A stretch of 59,782 nt of DNA from Blastocatellia bacterium (GCA_046155425.1 JBJXFM010000485.1:1-59782), one strand, 5' to 3'. Counted from the stretch's first letter, positions 10,179 through 20,375 are shown. Notes: a model not told the origin generated them from the sequence alone. Program-made: numbers and translations.

Positions 10179-10805
10179 ATGTTTTGTAACCAGTGTGGGA
10201 CGGAAAACAAGGATGACGCGCGGTTCTGCCGCAATTGCGCCATGCCGCTTGTGCCCATTTCGAGTTATCCCGACGCCGCGCAGACACCCGTGGCGAGTCC
10301 GCAACCCGAATTTCGCACGCCGCCCGCCAATCCGTGGAATACGCCGGGCACGGCCGATTACGGCGCGGACACAGGTCAGGGACAGACCTCGCTGGCCAGC
10401 CGTCCATATAGTCCGAACCAGCCGCTTTCCTCCGCGGCGGGTCCGAATCAACCGCTGGAGTCCCAGGTGACTGGCTATCAGCAATACCAGGGCTATCAGA
10501 CCACATACGCTGGTTACAACCCGCCCATGTCGACGGGGGGCAATGCCAGTGGCCGCGCGATCACGGCGATGATTCTCAGCCTGATTTCCATTGGCACCTG
10601 CGGGCCGTTTCTCAGCATCCCCGGGATGATTCTGGGCAAGATGGAACTGAACGCGATCCGGGAGGGCAAGGCGCCAAAGGCAGGTGAAACCTTCGCCAAA
10701 ATCGGATTCTGGGCCGGGCTGGTCCTGACCGTGCTGTTCAGCCTTGTGATCATTTTGTACGTGGCGATCATCGTCATGGCCATCGCCGGCGGGAATATCC
10801 ACTAA
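10179..10805 (+). CDS. zinc-ribbon protein with Pro/Gln-rich linker and DUF4190-like C-terminal membrane domain
   Basis: MFCNQCGTENKDDARFCRNCAMPL zinc ribbon. The C-terminus AITAMILSLISIGTCGPFLSIPGMILGKMELNAIREGKAP resembles DUF4190. Confidence 0.7.
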   Translation: MFCNQCGTENKDDARFCRNCAMPLVPISSYPDAAQTPVASPQPEFRTPPANPWNTPGTADYGADTGQGQTSLASRPYSPNQPLSSAAGPNQPLESQVTGYQQYQGYQTTYAGYNPPMSTGGNASGRAITAMILSLISIGTCGPFLSIPGMILGKMELNAIREGKAPKAGETFAKIGFWAGLVLTVLFSLVIILYVAIIVMAIAGGNIH

Positions 10806-10809
10806 ACGC

Positions 10810-11238
10810 TTGAACGTTTTCCTCAAAACACAAACACCGGCGCTGTCCGCGCTGGCGCCTGGCGCGCTGTCCGCGCTGACGCTGGTCACGGCGCGTTGGC
10901 TGACCCCGTCGCCCACGGGCGTGGGTACGCACCGGCAACTGGGTTTTCCACCGTGCATCTTTCTGACACTCAGCGGATGGCCCTGTCCCGGCTGCGGGCT
11001 GACGACGAGTTTCGCGCACGCCGCGCGGCTGGATTTCGCCGCCGCCTGGCACGCGCACCCCTTTGGACCACTTGCGTTTTTGCTGACGCTGTCGCTGATC
11101 CCCCTGTCACTGTGGCTGGCGCGCCGCCACGCTTCCTTCGCCGATGTCTGGCGGATTCGACTGACCAAACCGGCGCTGGCCTTCCTCCTGCTCTGGTGGC
11201 TGGCCGGATGGGTATACAAAATAAATACGATTGGCTGA
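10810..11238 (+). CDS. DUF2752 domain membrane protein
   Basis: 142-aa ORF (TTG start as given in the track). The motif GWPCPGCGLTTSF followed by hydrophobic helices is the DUF2752 signature. Confidence 0.6.
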   Translation: MNVFLKTQTPALSALAPGALSALTLVTARWLTPSPTGVGTHRQLGFPPCIFLTLSGWPCPGCGLTTSFAHAARLDFAAAWHAHPFGPLAFLLTLSLIPLSLWLARRHASFADVWRIRLTKPALAFLLLWWLAGWVYKINTIG

Positions 11239-11262
11239 ACCCGTTATTCACCCGCTGCCCCG

Positions 11263-13005
11263 ATGATGTCCTTCACTCTTCCCGTCTCCATCAGCAGGCT
11301 GACATTCGCGTTATTACTCGCGCTGGCCGGTCTGCCAACCTTTGCGCAAACACCCATGAAACCAAAAACACAGGCCCCGGCGGCCATCCCCGCGGCGTTG
11401 CAATCGCGCGCCGAACGCAGCAATTACGAGGAAACCACCCGCTATGACGAGGTCATGGCCCTGATCGGCGAGTTGCAGAAAGACGCCCCGAACCTGCGTG
11501 TCGAAAGCTTCGGGACAAGCGAGGAGGGCCGCGCGCTGCCGTTGCTGATCTTTGCCAATCCACCCGTTTCCCGGCCCCGCGAAGCCATGCAGTCCGGTAA
11601 AACCATTGTCTTTGTCCAGGCCAACATCCACGCCGGCGAGGTCGAAGGCAAGGAAGCCATGTTGCAAATCGCGCGGCGGCTGGTGTCCGGCGACCTGCAA
11701 TCATTGCTCGACAACCTGATCATTCTGATCGCGCCGATTTACAACGCCGACGGCAACGAACGCATCGATCCGAAAAACCGCACCGCGCAAGACGGCCCCA
11801 TCGGCGGCGTCGGCACGCGCGAGAACGCCAAAGGCCTGGACCTCAACCGCGATTACATAAAACTCGAATCAGCCGAAGCCAACGCGCTGATCGGCCTGTT
11901 CAATCGCTGGGATCCGCATCTGACCGTCGATCTGCATACGACGAATGGCTCGTATCACGGCTATCACCTGACCTATGCGCCGACACTTAACCCCAACGCC
12001 GATGCGCGGCTGACCGCCTTTGCGCGCGGCAAAATGCTGCCGGCGATCACCCGCGCCATGCTGCGGCGTAAATTCCGCACCTACTATTACGGCAATTTTG
12101 CGACAAAGGAGCGCCTCAACCGCGAGTTCGACACCTTTGAAATGCAGCGTTCCGGCGCGGCCGCGCAACCCAGCGACAAGCCCGCCGAAACCAAAGTCTG
12201 GCGGACCTTCGACCATCGCCCGATGTTCGGCAACAATTACGCCGGCCTGCGCAACCGCCTGACGATTTTGTCCGAGGCCTACAGCTATCTCGATTTCAAA
12301 AGCCGCATCGCCGTCACCGAAGCCTTTGTCGAGGAGATTTTCAATTACGCCGCCGCGCACGCCGCCGAAATCGCCGCCGTCACCCGGCGCGCCGACGAGG
12401 CCGCCGTGCGTGGCAAATTGCCCCCCCAGGGTGTGTCCTTTGAGCTCAAGGCGCTCGATAAACCGGTGAATATTCTCGTCGGCGCCGTCGAGAAAAAACG
12501 CAATCCGCGCAACGGCCGCGACATGACGGCAATGATCGAGGACAAGGTCACGCCCACGCTGATGCCGGATTACGGCCTGTTCGCGGCGACCAGAACCGTG
12601 TCCGTCCCCCAGGCGTATCTGTTCCGCAATGAAAAGGGATTGCAGACCATCATCGGCAAGCTCGTCGCGCATGGCGTGACGGTCGAGGAACTGACCGCGC
12701 CGCTGACCGCCGAGGTCGAAAGCTGTCAGATCGACAAGGTCAACAAGGTGGGCCGTCCGTTTCAGGGCCATCAGCAACTGACCTTGCGGACATCCGTCAA
12801 AACGGAAACACAGACATTCCCCGCCGGATCGATTCTCGTGCGCGCGGCGCAACCCCTCGCGCCGCTGATCGTCTATCTGCTCGAAGCCGAAAGCGATGGC
12901 GGATTCGTCAACTGGAATTTTCTGGATGAATATCTGGAGAAGGGCAGGACCTGGCCGATTTACAGGCTGGGCAAAGCGGTGAATCCGGCGGCGCGGGTTC
13001 GCTGA
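11263..13005 (+). CDS. M14 family zinc carboxypeptidase-like protein, secreted
   Basis: 580 aa. Signal peptide [29 protein letters not shown]. Zinc motif region [19 protein letters not shown] and NADGNER...NRDY, as in M14 peptidases. Confidence 0.7.
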   Translation: MMSFTLPVSISRLTFALLLALAGLPTFAQTPMKPKTQAPAAIPAALQSRAERSNYEETTRYDEVMALIGELQKDAPNLRVESFGTSEEGRALPLLIFANPPVSRPREAMQSGKTIVFVQANIHAGEVEGKEAMLQIARRLVSGDLQSLLDNLIILIAPIYNADGNERIDPKNRTAQDGPIGGVGTRENAKGLDLNRDYIKLESAEANALIGLFNRWDPHLTVDLHTTNGSYHGYHLTYAPTLNPNADARLTAFARGKMLPAITRAMLRRKFRTYYYGNFATKERLNREFDTFEMQRSGAAAQPSDKPAETKVWRTFDHRPMFGNNYAGLRNRLTILSEAYSYLDFKSRIAVTEAFVEEIFNYAAAHAAEIAAVTRRADEAAVRGKLPPQGVSFELKALDKPVNILVGAVEKKRNPRNGRDMTAMIEDKVTPTLMPDYGLFAATRTVSVPQAYLFRNEKGLQTIIGKLVAHGVTVEELTAPLTAEVESCQIDKVNKVGRPFQGHQQLTLRTSVKTETQTFPAGSILVRAAQPLAPLIVYLLEAESDGGFVNWNFLDEYLEKGRTWPIYRLGKAVNPAARVR

Positions 13006-13055
13006 TCACTGAAAACAAAGACGAGAACGCGGAACATGCGGAACACGCGGAACAA

Positions 13056-13104
13056 ACGGAGCAAACGGAAACCTGTCTGTGTGGAAGATTTCCGTTTGTT
13101 CCGT
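13056..13104. terminator. 16-bp hairpin between convergent M14 and M28 genes (candidate bidirectional terminator)
   Basis: acggagcaaacggaaa (13056-13071) pairs with tttccgtttgttccgt (13089-13104), with one G-T wobble and a 17-nt loop. The left arm is part of a 9-nt tandem array (gaacatgcg/gaacacgcg/gaacaaacg/gagcaaacg, ~13027-13072). There is no clean T-run. Confidence 0.5.
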
Positions 13105-13123
13105 CTCCCGTGATGGAACTATT

Positions 13124-14749
13124 TCATCGCCGCGCCGGACTGGCAGGCGCTGGCGTGGCCGTGCGTTCCACGGGCAGCGGCGGCATTTCCTCTTTGCTGA
13201 AACGCGGCAGTTGCTCGTCGCGCGTGGCCAGCGCATACAACGCCGCGGCAATGACGATCGCCGACTTTTTCGCGTCGTCCTCGATCACGCGTTCATAGGT
13301 GTCGAGGTTCGTGTGCCAGGTCGCGGAGAAATATTCGATCGGGTCCTGCGACACGCCGATGCCTGGCAAACCAGCGTTGCTGAACGAAGTGTTGTCCGAT
13401 CCGCCAAGGGCGCGGCTTTTCGAGGGCAGCGCGCCCATCACGCCGAGCTCCGCAAACGGCGCGAGAATTTCGCGGAGGACCTTCGCGCCTTCCATCGGGC
13501 CGAACACGCTCATGCCGCGCGCGCGGCCGGTGCCGCTGTCGATGTTGAAATAGCCGGCGAATTTCGCGAATTCCGGCGTGGGGTTGTCCACCGAACCGAA
13601 ATGCTTTTTCACATAGGCCTGTGAACCGAGCAATCCCTGCTCCTCGCCGCTCCAGAGGGCCACGCGAATCGTGCGGCGCGGCCGGACGCCGAGGGCCTTG
13701 AGAATGCGCGCCGCTTCCATCATCGTCGCGCAGCCGATGGCGTTGTCCGTCGCCCCTGTCGCCGCATGCCACGAATCGAGATGCCCGCCGAGCATGACCA
13801 CTTCATCCTTTTTGTCCGTGCCGGGAATTTCGCCGATGACATTGTATGAAGTTTTGCCCGCGGGATAGCTCTGATTGACGATGTCGAATTCCAGATCGAC
13901 GCGCGTGCCGTCGGCGAGAATGCGCGCGATGCGGCCATAGTCCTCGTTGCGCAGAATCACCGTGGGAATCGCCTTGCCGATGTCGTATGCGCGGTTCTGA
14001 AAGGCGCGGATCTGGCCGTGTGCGCGCCCGGCATCCTGGACGTGCACGAGCGCGCCGCCCGCGCGGAGGAATTCGCGCATCCTGTCGGCGAGATCGCGCG
14101 CGCTCAGACGGTTCGGCTCCGGCTCTTCCTCCTGCCGGCGATTGCCGCGCCGCCCGAATGGCGAGGCGTTGGGATCATTTGATGTATATCGTTCGCGCGC
14201 TTCGTTGTCGGGCGTGCGCAATGGCTCTGGTTTCAGGTTGACCGGGACGATCCGGGCTTTGCCCTCGAGGACGATGCGGTTGCGAATCTGATCGCGATGC
14301 GCGTCCATCCAGACTTTCAGCGACTCTTCCGTGGGTTTGTCCGGCGGAATGATCTGCACCGCCTGGGCGCGGATGGTTCCATTGGTGCCTGGTGTCCAGG
14401 CCAGCGCCTCGCAGCTCAGCTGGTCTTTGACCGGGGCGATGATGTGCGCCGCGACGCGTTCATTCAGCCAGCCGGGGTGGCCGAAATCCCATGGTTCGAG
14501 ATGGCAGTTCTCGAATCCCCAGGACTGCATTTCCTTCACGGCCCAGTCGGCGGCGGCCTTGTGGTTGGGCGAACCGGTCAGCCGCGGGCCATAAATGTCG
14601 GTGAAATAATGCAGCGTGCGCATGATGCGCGAATTTTCCATGCCTTCTTTGCGAATGCGGGTGTTGATGTCGGCTTCCTGCGCGGGCATGGCCAGCGGGT
14701 GTGAAAGCAGCGCCAGACAAAGAAACAAAAAGCGAAAATGTCGAATCAT
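13124..14749 (-). CDS. M28 family metallopeptidase with PA domain, secreted
   Basis: The track ORF is trimmed to the ATG at 14749 ([24 protein letters not shown] signal peptide). [34 protein letters not shown] is the M28 metal-binding core. Confidence 0.85.
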   Translation of the reverse strand: MIRHFRFLFLCLALLSHPLAMPAQEADINTRIRKEGMENSRIMRTLHYFTDIYGPRLTGSPNHKAAADWAVKEMQSWGFENCHLEPWDFGHPGWLNERVAAHIIAPVKDQLSCEALAWTPGTNGTIRAQAVQIIPPDKPTEESLKVWMDAHRDQIRNRIVLEGKARIVPVNLKPEPLRTPDNEARERYTSNDPNASPFGRRGNRRQEEEPEPNRLSARDLADRMREFLRAGGALVHVQDAGRAHGQIRAFQNRAYDIGKAIPTVILRNEDYGRIARILADGTRVDLEFDIVNQSYPAGKTSYNVIGEIPGTDKKDEVVMLGGHLDSWHAATGATDNAIGCATMMEAARILKALGVRPRRTIRVALWSGEEQGLLGSQAYVKKHFGSVDNPTPEFAKFAGYFNIDSGTGRARGMSVFGPMEGAKVLREILAPFAELGVMGALPSKSRALGGSDNTSFSNAGLPGIGVSQDPIEYFSATWHTNLDTYERVIEDDAKKSAIVIAAALYALATRDEQLPRFSKEEMPPLPVERTATPAPASPARR

Positions 14750-14862
14750 CGGGAGAGATCCTTTCCTTATGCTGAAATCGCGACGCGCCGTGGTTTCAGC
14801 CTGGTCAGCAACGCCGCCGGATTGTGTATGCATTGTCCGCCGCATGCGCGGGCAGGATTCGA

Positions 14863-15450
14863 TCAGCGCGCCATCGCATGGTATTCCGGGTTCGGCATCA
14901 TCCCGGTTGCATGCGCCATGCGATTGGTGAAATTGTACATTGCCGCGATTTCGATCACGTCCCAGATTTCCTCCGTCGTCAGCCCGGCGCTTTTCAGATC
15001 GTCGAGATCATCCTGATCGCAATCCTGCGGGCTGATCGTCAGCTTGACCGTGTAATCGAGCACCGCGTTCATTTTGGCGTCGAGCCCGGCGCGTGTGTAA
15101 TCGTAGGTAATGCGGTCGCCCTGGACGCCGTCGCCAAGGGCCTCGCGCAGCGCCGCGCCGTGCGAGACAAGGCAGTACAGGCAATGGTTGGTCATCGACA
15201 CCGTGACGGCGATCATCTCGCGTTCGGCGGCGCTGAGGTTGTCCGTGGGTTCGTGCAATTGTTTGTAATGCGCAAACCAGGCGCTCAGACGTTCCGGGCG
15301 GAAACTCATCACGCGAAAGACATTGGGCACAAAGCCCAGGCGCTCCCTTGCCTTGCCAAATAATCTGCGCAGGTTTTCCGGCAGTTCTTCTTCCGGCGGG
15401 ACGGGAAACCAGCTGATTCCTTCATTGGCTTGTGAATCCATTTGTTTCAT
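14863..15450 (-). CDS. carboxymuconolactone decarboxylase (AhpD-like) family peroxidase-related protein
   Basis: 195 aa. The motif [13 protein letters not shown] (CxxC in an AhpD-like fold) and overall length match the CMD/peroxidase-related family. Confidence 0.75.
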   Translation of the reverse strand: MKQMDSQANEGISWFPVPPEEELPENLRRLFGKARERLGFVPNVFRVMSFRPERLSAWFAHYKQLHEPTDNLSAAEREMIAVTVSMTNHCLYCLVSHGAALREALGDGVQGDRITYDYTRAGLDAKMNAVLDYTVKLTISPQDCDQDDLDDLKSAGLTTEEIWDVIEIAAMYNFTNRMAHATGMMPNPEYHAMAR

Positions 15451-15964
15451 TCCATTTTGCGGCTTTTTGTATCAGGGCCGCGATGATCGCGGCTTTTTGT
15501 TCGGAATAGGCAAGCAATGTCCTGGCGCCAGCCGCGACGAGGTCCTGCTTGTGACGCCCATATGCGGCCGCCTCATGCGGGTGGGCGTGCAGGAAATCAC
15601 GCAACAACAGATTGTTTCGCCACAGATCACCACCGTGAAGCGTCAGGTGCAGATTGCAGGAGCGCGGCCCGCGTTTGCGAAAATACCAACGCCCCGGAAC
15701 ACCCGCCTCTCCCAGCGATACATACCCAAGGGCCTCGATCACGGCGATTTGCCGGCCGGACGGGGGAAAGGCGGAAAGCCCGGCCAGCAAATCGATAATC
15801 GGTTTGGCGACGAGGCCGGGCACCGCCGTGCTGCCAATGTGTTCGATGTACGTGGCCGCGTCACCCAGCCCCCCGAGCAGCCGCGCCTGCTCATCGGCGA
15901 ACCAGCGCGGCCATTCGGGGTTGTAATCGACTATGGTGATGGGTTCGTCAACTTCCATTACCAT
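15422..15964 (-). CDS. GrpB family protein
   Basis: [21 protein letters not shown] and NLHL...[14 protein letters not shown] are GrpB signatures. I chose the start at 15964 because its ATG overlaps the upstream gene's TGA (ATGA). Confidence 0.8.
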   Translation of the reverse strand: MVMEVDEPITIVDYNPEWPRWFADEQARLLGGLGDAATYIEHIGSTAVPGLVAKPIIDLLAGLSAFPPSGRQIAVIEALGYVSLGEAGVPGRWYFRKRGPRSCNLHLTLHGGDLWRNNLLLRDFLHAHPHEAAAYGRHKQDLVAAGARTLLAYSEQKAAIIAALIQKAAKWNETNGFTSQ

Positions 15965-16872
15965 CAGTTGTAAAACGGAAATAGTTTTTTGATCTCGGCT
16001 TTGTCGGGGCGACGGCCGTATTCGCATATTTCAAAGGCCTCGGCGTGCTGCACCTTTGCGCCGCGCGCCGCGCCGTACCATCCCTCGAGGTTTTTGCGGA
16101 AACGATTGGCGATGCCGGTCTGCCGGTCAACGAAACGTTTGCGCACGGCCGCCCAGCGCTGTTTGACGAATTCGGGATCCTTATTGAGCAGCGATTCGTC
16201 GCCATTGGCCCCGCCTTCGTAAAACTGCGAAACCATGCCCAGCAACCCGTCGAGTTTCTTTTCCATCACGGAATCAATGTCCACGATGATGTCGGCGGTA
16301 AAGGGATTCGGCTTCTGGAAATTATCGGTGGAATAGAGAAACACCGGGTTTTTGGTGAGGTGCGGAACCTCGGGGCAGAAATTCGGCACGGTCACCATAT
16401 AGGCCGCGTCCTGCACGAGCACGCCGGTGTAGCGATGATCGGGATGATAATCATTGGGCCGGTGACTGATGACAATGTCGGCCTGCCATTCACGGATTTT
16501 GCGCGTGACTTTCTTGCGGTTTTCCAGCGTGGGTTCCAGTTCGCCGTCGTGGTTGTCGAGCTGTTCGACGGTGTAACCCATCAGCTTTGCCGCGCGTTCG
16601 ACCTCGGCTTTGCGGCGGCGATAGAGCATGCCCCCGGCTTCCTTAAAGTGCCCGATATCGCCGTTGGTGCAGGAGACGAGCTTAACGTGATGGCCCTGGG
16701 CGGCCCACAGCGCGGCGGAACCCGACGCGCCGATTTCCGGGTCGTCGGGATGCGCGCCAAAGACAATGATGCGTAATTTGCCATCGGGTCCCTGCGCCCG
16801 CGCGGGGGACGAAAGGAAAACAAAAAACAGAAACAGGGGAAAAAGCGCGGCCAAAAAACTCTTTCGGTTCAT
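15964..16872 (-). CDS. PIG-L (LmbE-like) family deacetylase with signal peptide
   Basis: IIVFGAHPDDPEIGASGSAALWAAQGHHVKLVSCTNGDIGH is the PIG-L motif. The start at 16872 (MNRKSFLAALFPLFLFF...) is preceded by GGAGG. Confidence 0.8.
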   Translation of the reverse strand: MNRKSFLAALFPLFLFFVFLSSPARAQGPDGKLRIIVFGAHPDDPEIGASGSAALWAAQGHHVKLVSCTNGDIGHFKEAGGMLYRRRKAEVERAAKLMGYTVEQLDNHDGELEPTLENRKKVTRKIREWQADIVISHRPNDYHPDHRYTGVLVQDAAYMVTVPNFCPEVPHLTKNPVFLYSTDNFQKPNPFTADIIVDIDSVMEKKLDGLLGMVSQFYEGGANGDESLLNKDPEFVKQRWAAVRKRFVDRQTGIANRFRKNLEGWYGAARGAKVQHAEAFEICEYGRRPDKAEIKKLFPFYN

Positions 16873-17005
16873 GGTTGCCTCCGGTATGTCCTGCAAGGGT
16901 TGGTAACGAAACCGCTGGTGATCTGTCTGGTGGAAGCTTCTGCGTGAATGGCGAAGCCGACAACACCATATCGCCTGCCGCCGATTTCCTCAACCGCGCG
17001 CGGGA

Positions 17006-17404
17006 TCAGACGTCGCGTGGATTCGGGATCTGGCTGATCATGTGCAGCAACGCCCCCGCGCAGACGAGATAGATGCCATGACGGCTGAAGGGCGTGTCAT
17101 TCAGGTCGGGATGCTGTGGCTCGTAAAAGAAGGCGGCGAGCAGCAGGCCGGTGGACAGCATGACCAGCGCGGACCCGGCGATCTGCGCCCATCCGCGCCA
17201 CGATGCCGGGATCATCCGCAGATAAAGCCCCAGCCCCAGATGCAGCAGCCCGGCCAGCAGCAGGTAAATGTGCCGCGAGCGATAAAGCATGCGCGGCAGA
17301 TCGGGCATGCCATGCAGGTGGTCGTGATAGCGATCCATGTATTGCCCGGTCAGGGCAAAGATGATCAGCGTGGCAATGCCGATGAGCAGATGCGCGCGTT
17401 TCAT
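17006..17404 (-). CDS. hypothetical four-helix membrane protein
   Basis: 132-aa ORF with four hydrophobic spans (LLIGIATLIIFALTG, IYLLLAGLLHLGLGLYL, and others). No family recognised. Confidence 0.6.
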   Translation of the reverse strand: MKRAHLLIGIATLIIFALTGQYMDRYHDHLHGMPDLPRMLYRSRHIYLLLAGLLHLGLGLYLRMIPASWRGWAQIAGSALVMLSTGLLLAAFFYEPQHPDLNDTPFSRHGIYLVCAGALLHMISQIPNPRDV

Positions 17405-17416
17405 AGTCCGTTGTGT

Positions 17417-18022
17417 TCAGAGTGTCTCGCTGACACGCGCCGCGATCACCAGTCCCGTGGACCATTGCATGGTGGTCAGCGCCAGGCAGGGTCGCGCGCG
17501 CAGTTCAGCCATGAGCGCGGCGACTTTCAGGTCGTGTCCCGCCGGCCAGTTTGGTTGCGGCAGCATGTCGTCGATGACATACAGGCCGCCGCGTTTGAGC
17601 AGGCCGAGGGATTCTTCAAGGTGTGAGTACTTGCCCGGCCATGCGTCGGCGAAAATCAGGTCATATCGTTCATAGCGCGGCTGGCGCAGCCACGCGCCGC
17701 CGTCTTCGTTGACGAAGCGGACGCGCGTGTCGCCGCCGAGGTTTTTTCGCGCAATGCCGAGGACTTCGGCGTCTGTCTCGATGGTGGTCAGCTGTGAGGT
17801 GAGGTCCATGCCCTCCAGCATCCATGCGGTCGCCAGCCCCGTGCCCGTGCCAAGTTCAAGGAACTGACCACCGGGCTTGCCGGCCACCAGCGTGCGCAAC
17901 AGCGCCCCTGTCATGTCATCCGAGGCGTATGGAAATCCCATGGCTTGTGTGTCGGCCTGAATCTGCCGCACCCGCGCGGGAATGTTGTCGGGGAACCAGC
18001 TGAAATCCGTGATGATGCTCAT
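17417..18022 (-). CDS. class I SAM-dependent O-methyltransferase
   Basis: 201 aa. SAM-binding FLELGTGTGLATAWM and YDLIFADA, as in family-3 O-methyltransferases. The start overlaps the upstream GNAT stop. Confidence 0.75.
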   Translation of the reverse strand: MSIITDFSWFPDNIPARVRQIQADTQAMGFPYASDDMTGALLRTLVAGKPGGQFLELGTGTGLATAWMLEGMDLTSQLTTIETDAEVLGIARKNLGGDTRVRFVNEDGGAWLRQPRYERYDLIFADAWPGKYSHLEESLGLLKRGGLYVIDDMLPQPNWPAGHDLKVAALMAELRARPCLALTTMQWSTGLVIAARVSETL

Positions 18023-18552
18023 AGCTCGTTGAATTCGGGCATGTATCTGACCAGCCCGCTTTTGCCCGCCGCCGCGCCGGGCTGTAATTCCGCGACCATG
18101 AAATGATCGGCGGGAACCGCGTATTCACAGGCGAATCCCTTTGTTTCCGCCGTGACAAAACCAAGGCGCGGATAATAATCCGCGTGCCCGAGGACAAAGA
18201 CGAGTTGGTAGCCCATGCGCCCGCAGGCCGCCAGACCCGCGCGGACCAGCCGCGATCCCACTCCCTGTTTTTGCGACGCGGGCGCCACGGCCATCGGCGC
18301 AAGACCCATCGCGGTGAAGGTCTCGTTGGCGGAGGCGACGGTGACCGGACTGAAAAAAATATGTCCGATGATCGCGCCTTCTTTTTCCGCGACCAGCGAG
18401 ATGTAGGGCCGCGCGGTCTGGCGCAGGGCGGCGACCAGGCCGGCCTCGCTCTCGCTGCCGAACCGCGCCAGAAAGGCCGCGCGGATGACCCTGTCCACGG
18501 CGGCGTAATCCGCTTCTGTTTCCGGACGGATGGATGGCATGTGTGCGTCCAT
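18019..18552 (-). CDS. GNAT family N-acetyltransferase
   Basis: 177 aa. IRPETEADYAAV...IIGHIFFSPV...QKQGVGSRLVRAGL is the acetyl-CoA-binding motif. The start may instead be the internal Met at 18540. Confidence 0.8.
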   Translation of the reverse strand: MDAHMPSIRPETEADYAAVDRVIRAAFLARFGSESEAGLVAALRQTARPYISLVAEKEGAIIGHIFFSPVTVASANETFTAMGLAPMAVAPASQKQGVGSRLVRAGLAACGRMGYQLVFVLGHADYYPRLGFVTAETKGFACEYAVPADHFMVAELQPGAAAGKSGLVRYMPEFNEL

Positions 18553-18587
18553 TCTTTGAAAAGGTCTTTATCTCTTTGAAAAAATCT

Positions 18588-19385
18588 TTATTCGCCTTTT
18601 TTCTGTCCTGGCGCGAGGCGCAGCTTTTTGGCGTCACGCGTCAGATAGACCGTATAGCCATAGAGATCGCTGCGATAGAGCGTATGCACATATTCAATGG
18701 GCCGCCCCTCGACGGTGAACACGGTGCGTTCGATGGACAGGAGCGGTGCTCCGATGCGGACATCGAGCAGGCCGGCGACATACGGGTCGGCCAGCGCGGC
18801 GGTGATCCGTTGCCGCGCATCGCGCAGTTTAAGCGCGAATTTTGTTTCCGGCAGCCGCGGCAAGGCGCCGGTGTTCAGTTCCTCGGGCGAGAGTTGCGAA
18901 CCGATATCCGCCGGCAGGTAATTGACGATCAGGCTGTCCGGCTGCTCGTCACGCAGGCGCAGGCGTTTGAGGCGATAGAGCGTGTCCCCGGGGGTGATAA
19001 CGAGGATTTCGGCCTCGTGGGCGTCGGCGTCGACACGGTTCATTTCCAGCGCCCTGACCAGCGTGTCCTGGCCCATGCTGATCAGTTCATCCAGCGATCC
19101 GGTCAGGTGAATGGCGCCATCGAAACTTTTACGTTGCGTGCGGCGTGCGGCGACAACGGCGCCGCGCCCCTGCCGCCGTTCAATCAGCCCTTCCCCGGCC
19201 AGGGTGGACAGGGACTGGCGGACGGTGATGCGGCTGACGCCATATTGCTCGATCAGTTCGCTTTCCGTCGGGAGGCGTTCGCCGGGGCCAAACGCGCCGG
19301 ACAGGATTTTTTCGCGCAGCAGGTTTTCCAGCTGGTAATAGAGTGTGACACGGCTGCTGGCAAAAGATGATCTGGGACGGGCCAT
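18588..19385 (-). CDS. GntR family transcriptional regulator, HutC subfamily (UTRA effector domain)
   Basis: 265 aa. Winged-helix LPTESELIEQYGVSRITVRQSLSTLAGEGLIERRQGRG followed by a UTRA-like C-terminal domain. Confidence 0.85.
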   Translation of the reverse strand: MARPRSSFASSRVTLYYQLENLLREKILSGAFGPGERLPTESELIEQYGVSRITVRQSLSTLAGEGLIERRQGRGAVVAARRTQRKSFDGAIHLTGSLDELISMGQDTLVRALEMNRVDADAHEAEILVITPGDTLYRLKRLRLRDEQPDSLIVNYLPADIGSQLSPEELNTGALPRLPETKFALKLRDARQRITAALADPYVAGLLDVRIGAPLLSIERTVFTVEGRPIEYVHTLYRSDLYGYTVYLTRDAKKLRLAPGQKKGE

Positions 19386-19388
19386 AGG

Positions 19389-19438
19389 GAAGGCGGAATC
19401 ATCGGGAGCGTATTGTGCGCGGCGGCGATTCCGCCTTC
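19389..19438. promoter_or_regulatory. perfect 12-bp inverted repeat directly upstream of the GntR start
   Basis: gaaggcggaatc (19389-19400) and gattccgccttc (19427-19438) are exact reverse complements with a 26-nt spacer. It lies between the DUF4288 stop (19489) and the GntR ATG (19385). It could be a terminator/attenuator hairpin or an operator. Confidence 0.4.
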
Positions 19439-19488
19439 GCCGCAGTGTTTGTGTCCGGGCAGCTCGGCTTTCACCTTTCGCGGGTGAA

Positions 19489-20001
19489 CTATTTTGCCTT
19501 TTTTCTGCCGGCTGTTTTTTTTGCCGGCGTCGTTTTCTCCTGCGTGTGCCGCTCTTCTTTTTCCGCCTCTTCCATCATGGCGCGGGCCAGTTCGCGGTCC
19601 ATGAAGTTGATGCGCTTGCCGTGCAGGACCTCTGTTTCGTCCTGGCCGAAACGCGCGTTGACCAGCGCGGCGTCCGTTTTGCCGCGGCTGACGATTTCCG
19701 TGGCGGAATAGATCTCGACGCCGGCCCCGGGGTCGGCGAGCAGTTCATACAACTCGCATGTGTCCAGATAACGCGCCTTGACGCGCTGGCCGAGCACGCT
19801 GGTGAAATCGACGCGGTCGCAATAGGCGCGGGCCTCGTCCTCGGCCTTTTTCAGCGCTTCGTCCTCGTTGCGGGCGCGGAACAGGACCACGCGTTCCTCG
19901 GCGAGGGTGACGTTGGGATCATAGCCGCGCGTTTTGTATTCGGGCTCCCCGTGGGCCTCCAGACGGAACAGTGTTTTGACCGAGTACCATACCCATGCCA
20001 T
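19489..20001 (-). CDS. DUF4288 domain protein with basic C-terminal tail
   Basis: 170 aa. WYSVKTLFRLE...ERVVLFRARNEDEALKKAEDEARAY...GAGVEIYS fits my recollection of the DUF4288 pattern. The tail is TTPAKKTAGRKKAK. Confidence 0.6.
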   Translation of the reverse strand: MAWVWYSVKTLFRLEAHGEPEYKTRGYDPNVTLAEERVVLFRARNEDEALKKAEDEARAYCDRVDFTSVLGQRVKARYLDTCELYELLADPGAGVEIYSATEIVSRGKTDAALVNARFGQDETEVLHGKRINFMDRELARAMMEEAEKEERHTQEKTTPAKKTAGRKKAK

Positions 20002-20105
20002 TAGCGCACCAGCCTTTTCTTGTCCTGCCAGTATTGTTCACGCAATTCGCGGCGCAGGATTTTGCCGGTCAGATTGCGAGGTGATTTCCCGGTGAAAATC
20101 CGGTG
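20001..20105 (-). pseudogene. 3'-terminal remnant of an AMP-dependent synthetase/ligase (acyl-CoA synthetase-type) gene
   Basis: Own translation of the minus frame ending at TAA 20003-20001: ...IFTGKSPRNLTGKILRRELREQYWQDKKRLVR*. It carries the conserved C-terminal (T/S)GKI(L)RREL ligase motif. There is no start codon and no similarity further upstream. The stop overlaps the DUF4288 ATG (TAATG). Confidence 0.6.
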
Positions 20106-20375
20106 ATTTTGCCTGCCGGGATTGGCAGGTATGCGAACTCTGAATAGTCCGGTGTCAGAGGGCGTACACACAATTCCCGCCCGGCGCCCGCGCCTGCGGT
20201 GTCGTTGGTCGCGCTTGTCTGACGGAAAACAACGTTGGGATGCCTGAAACAGTCTTTGACAGGCAAAAGTATACTGTTGTGCGCTTCTTATGACAATACA
20301 GCCAATCGCCTTTCACAGGGGATAGACGGGGTGAAAACGCATTCGCCGGATGCGTCCATGCCTTGCGCGGCGGCA

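Noticed and set aside
10080-11219. 379-aa minus-strand ORF
   Set aside because: It is antisense to three plus-strand genes with recognisable zinc-ribbon, DUF4190 and DUF2752 motifs. Its sequence is Arg/Ser/Ala-rich shadow-frame sequence.
13027-13072. Possible CRISPR-like or minisatellite arrays (here and at 27417-27437, 34136-34165 and 53772-53801)
   Set aside because: The units are only 7-10 nt, directly adjacent with no spacers, and present in just 3-5 copies. There are no cas genes. These are micro-tandem repeats, not CRISPR.
20069-20266. 65-aa minus-strand ORF next to the ligase remnant
   Set aside because: It is in a different frame from the conserved ligase C-terminus and has no SD. 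It most likely reflects the decayed 5' part of the same pseudogene rather than a gene.
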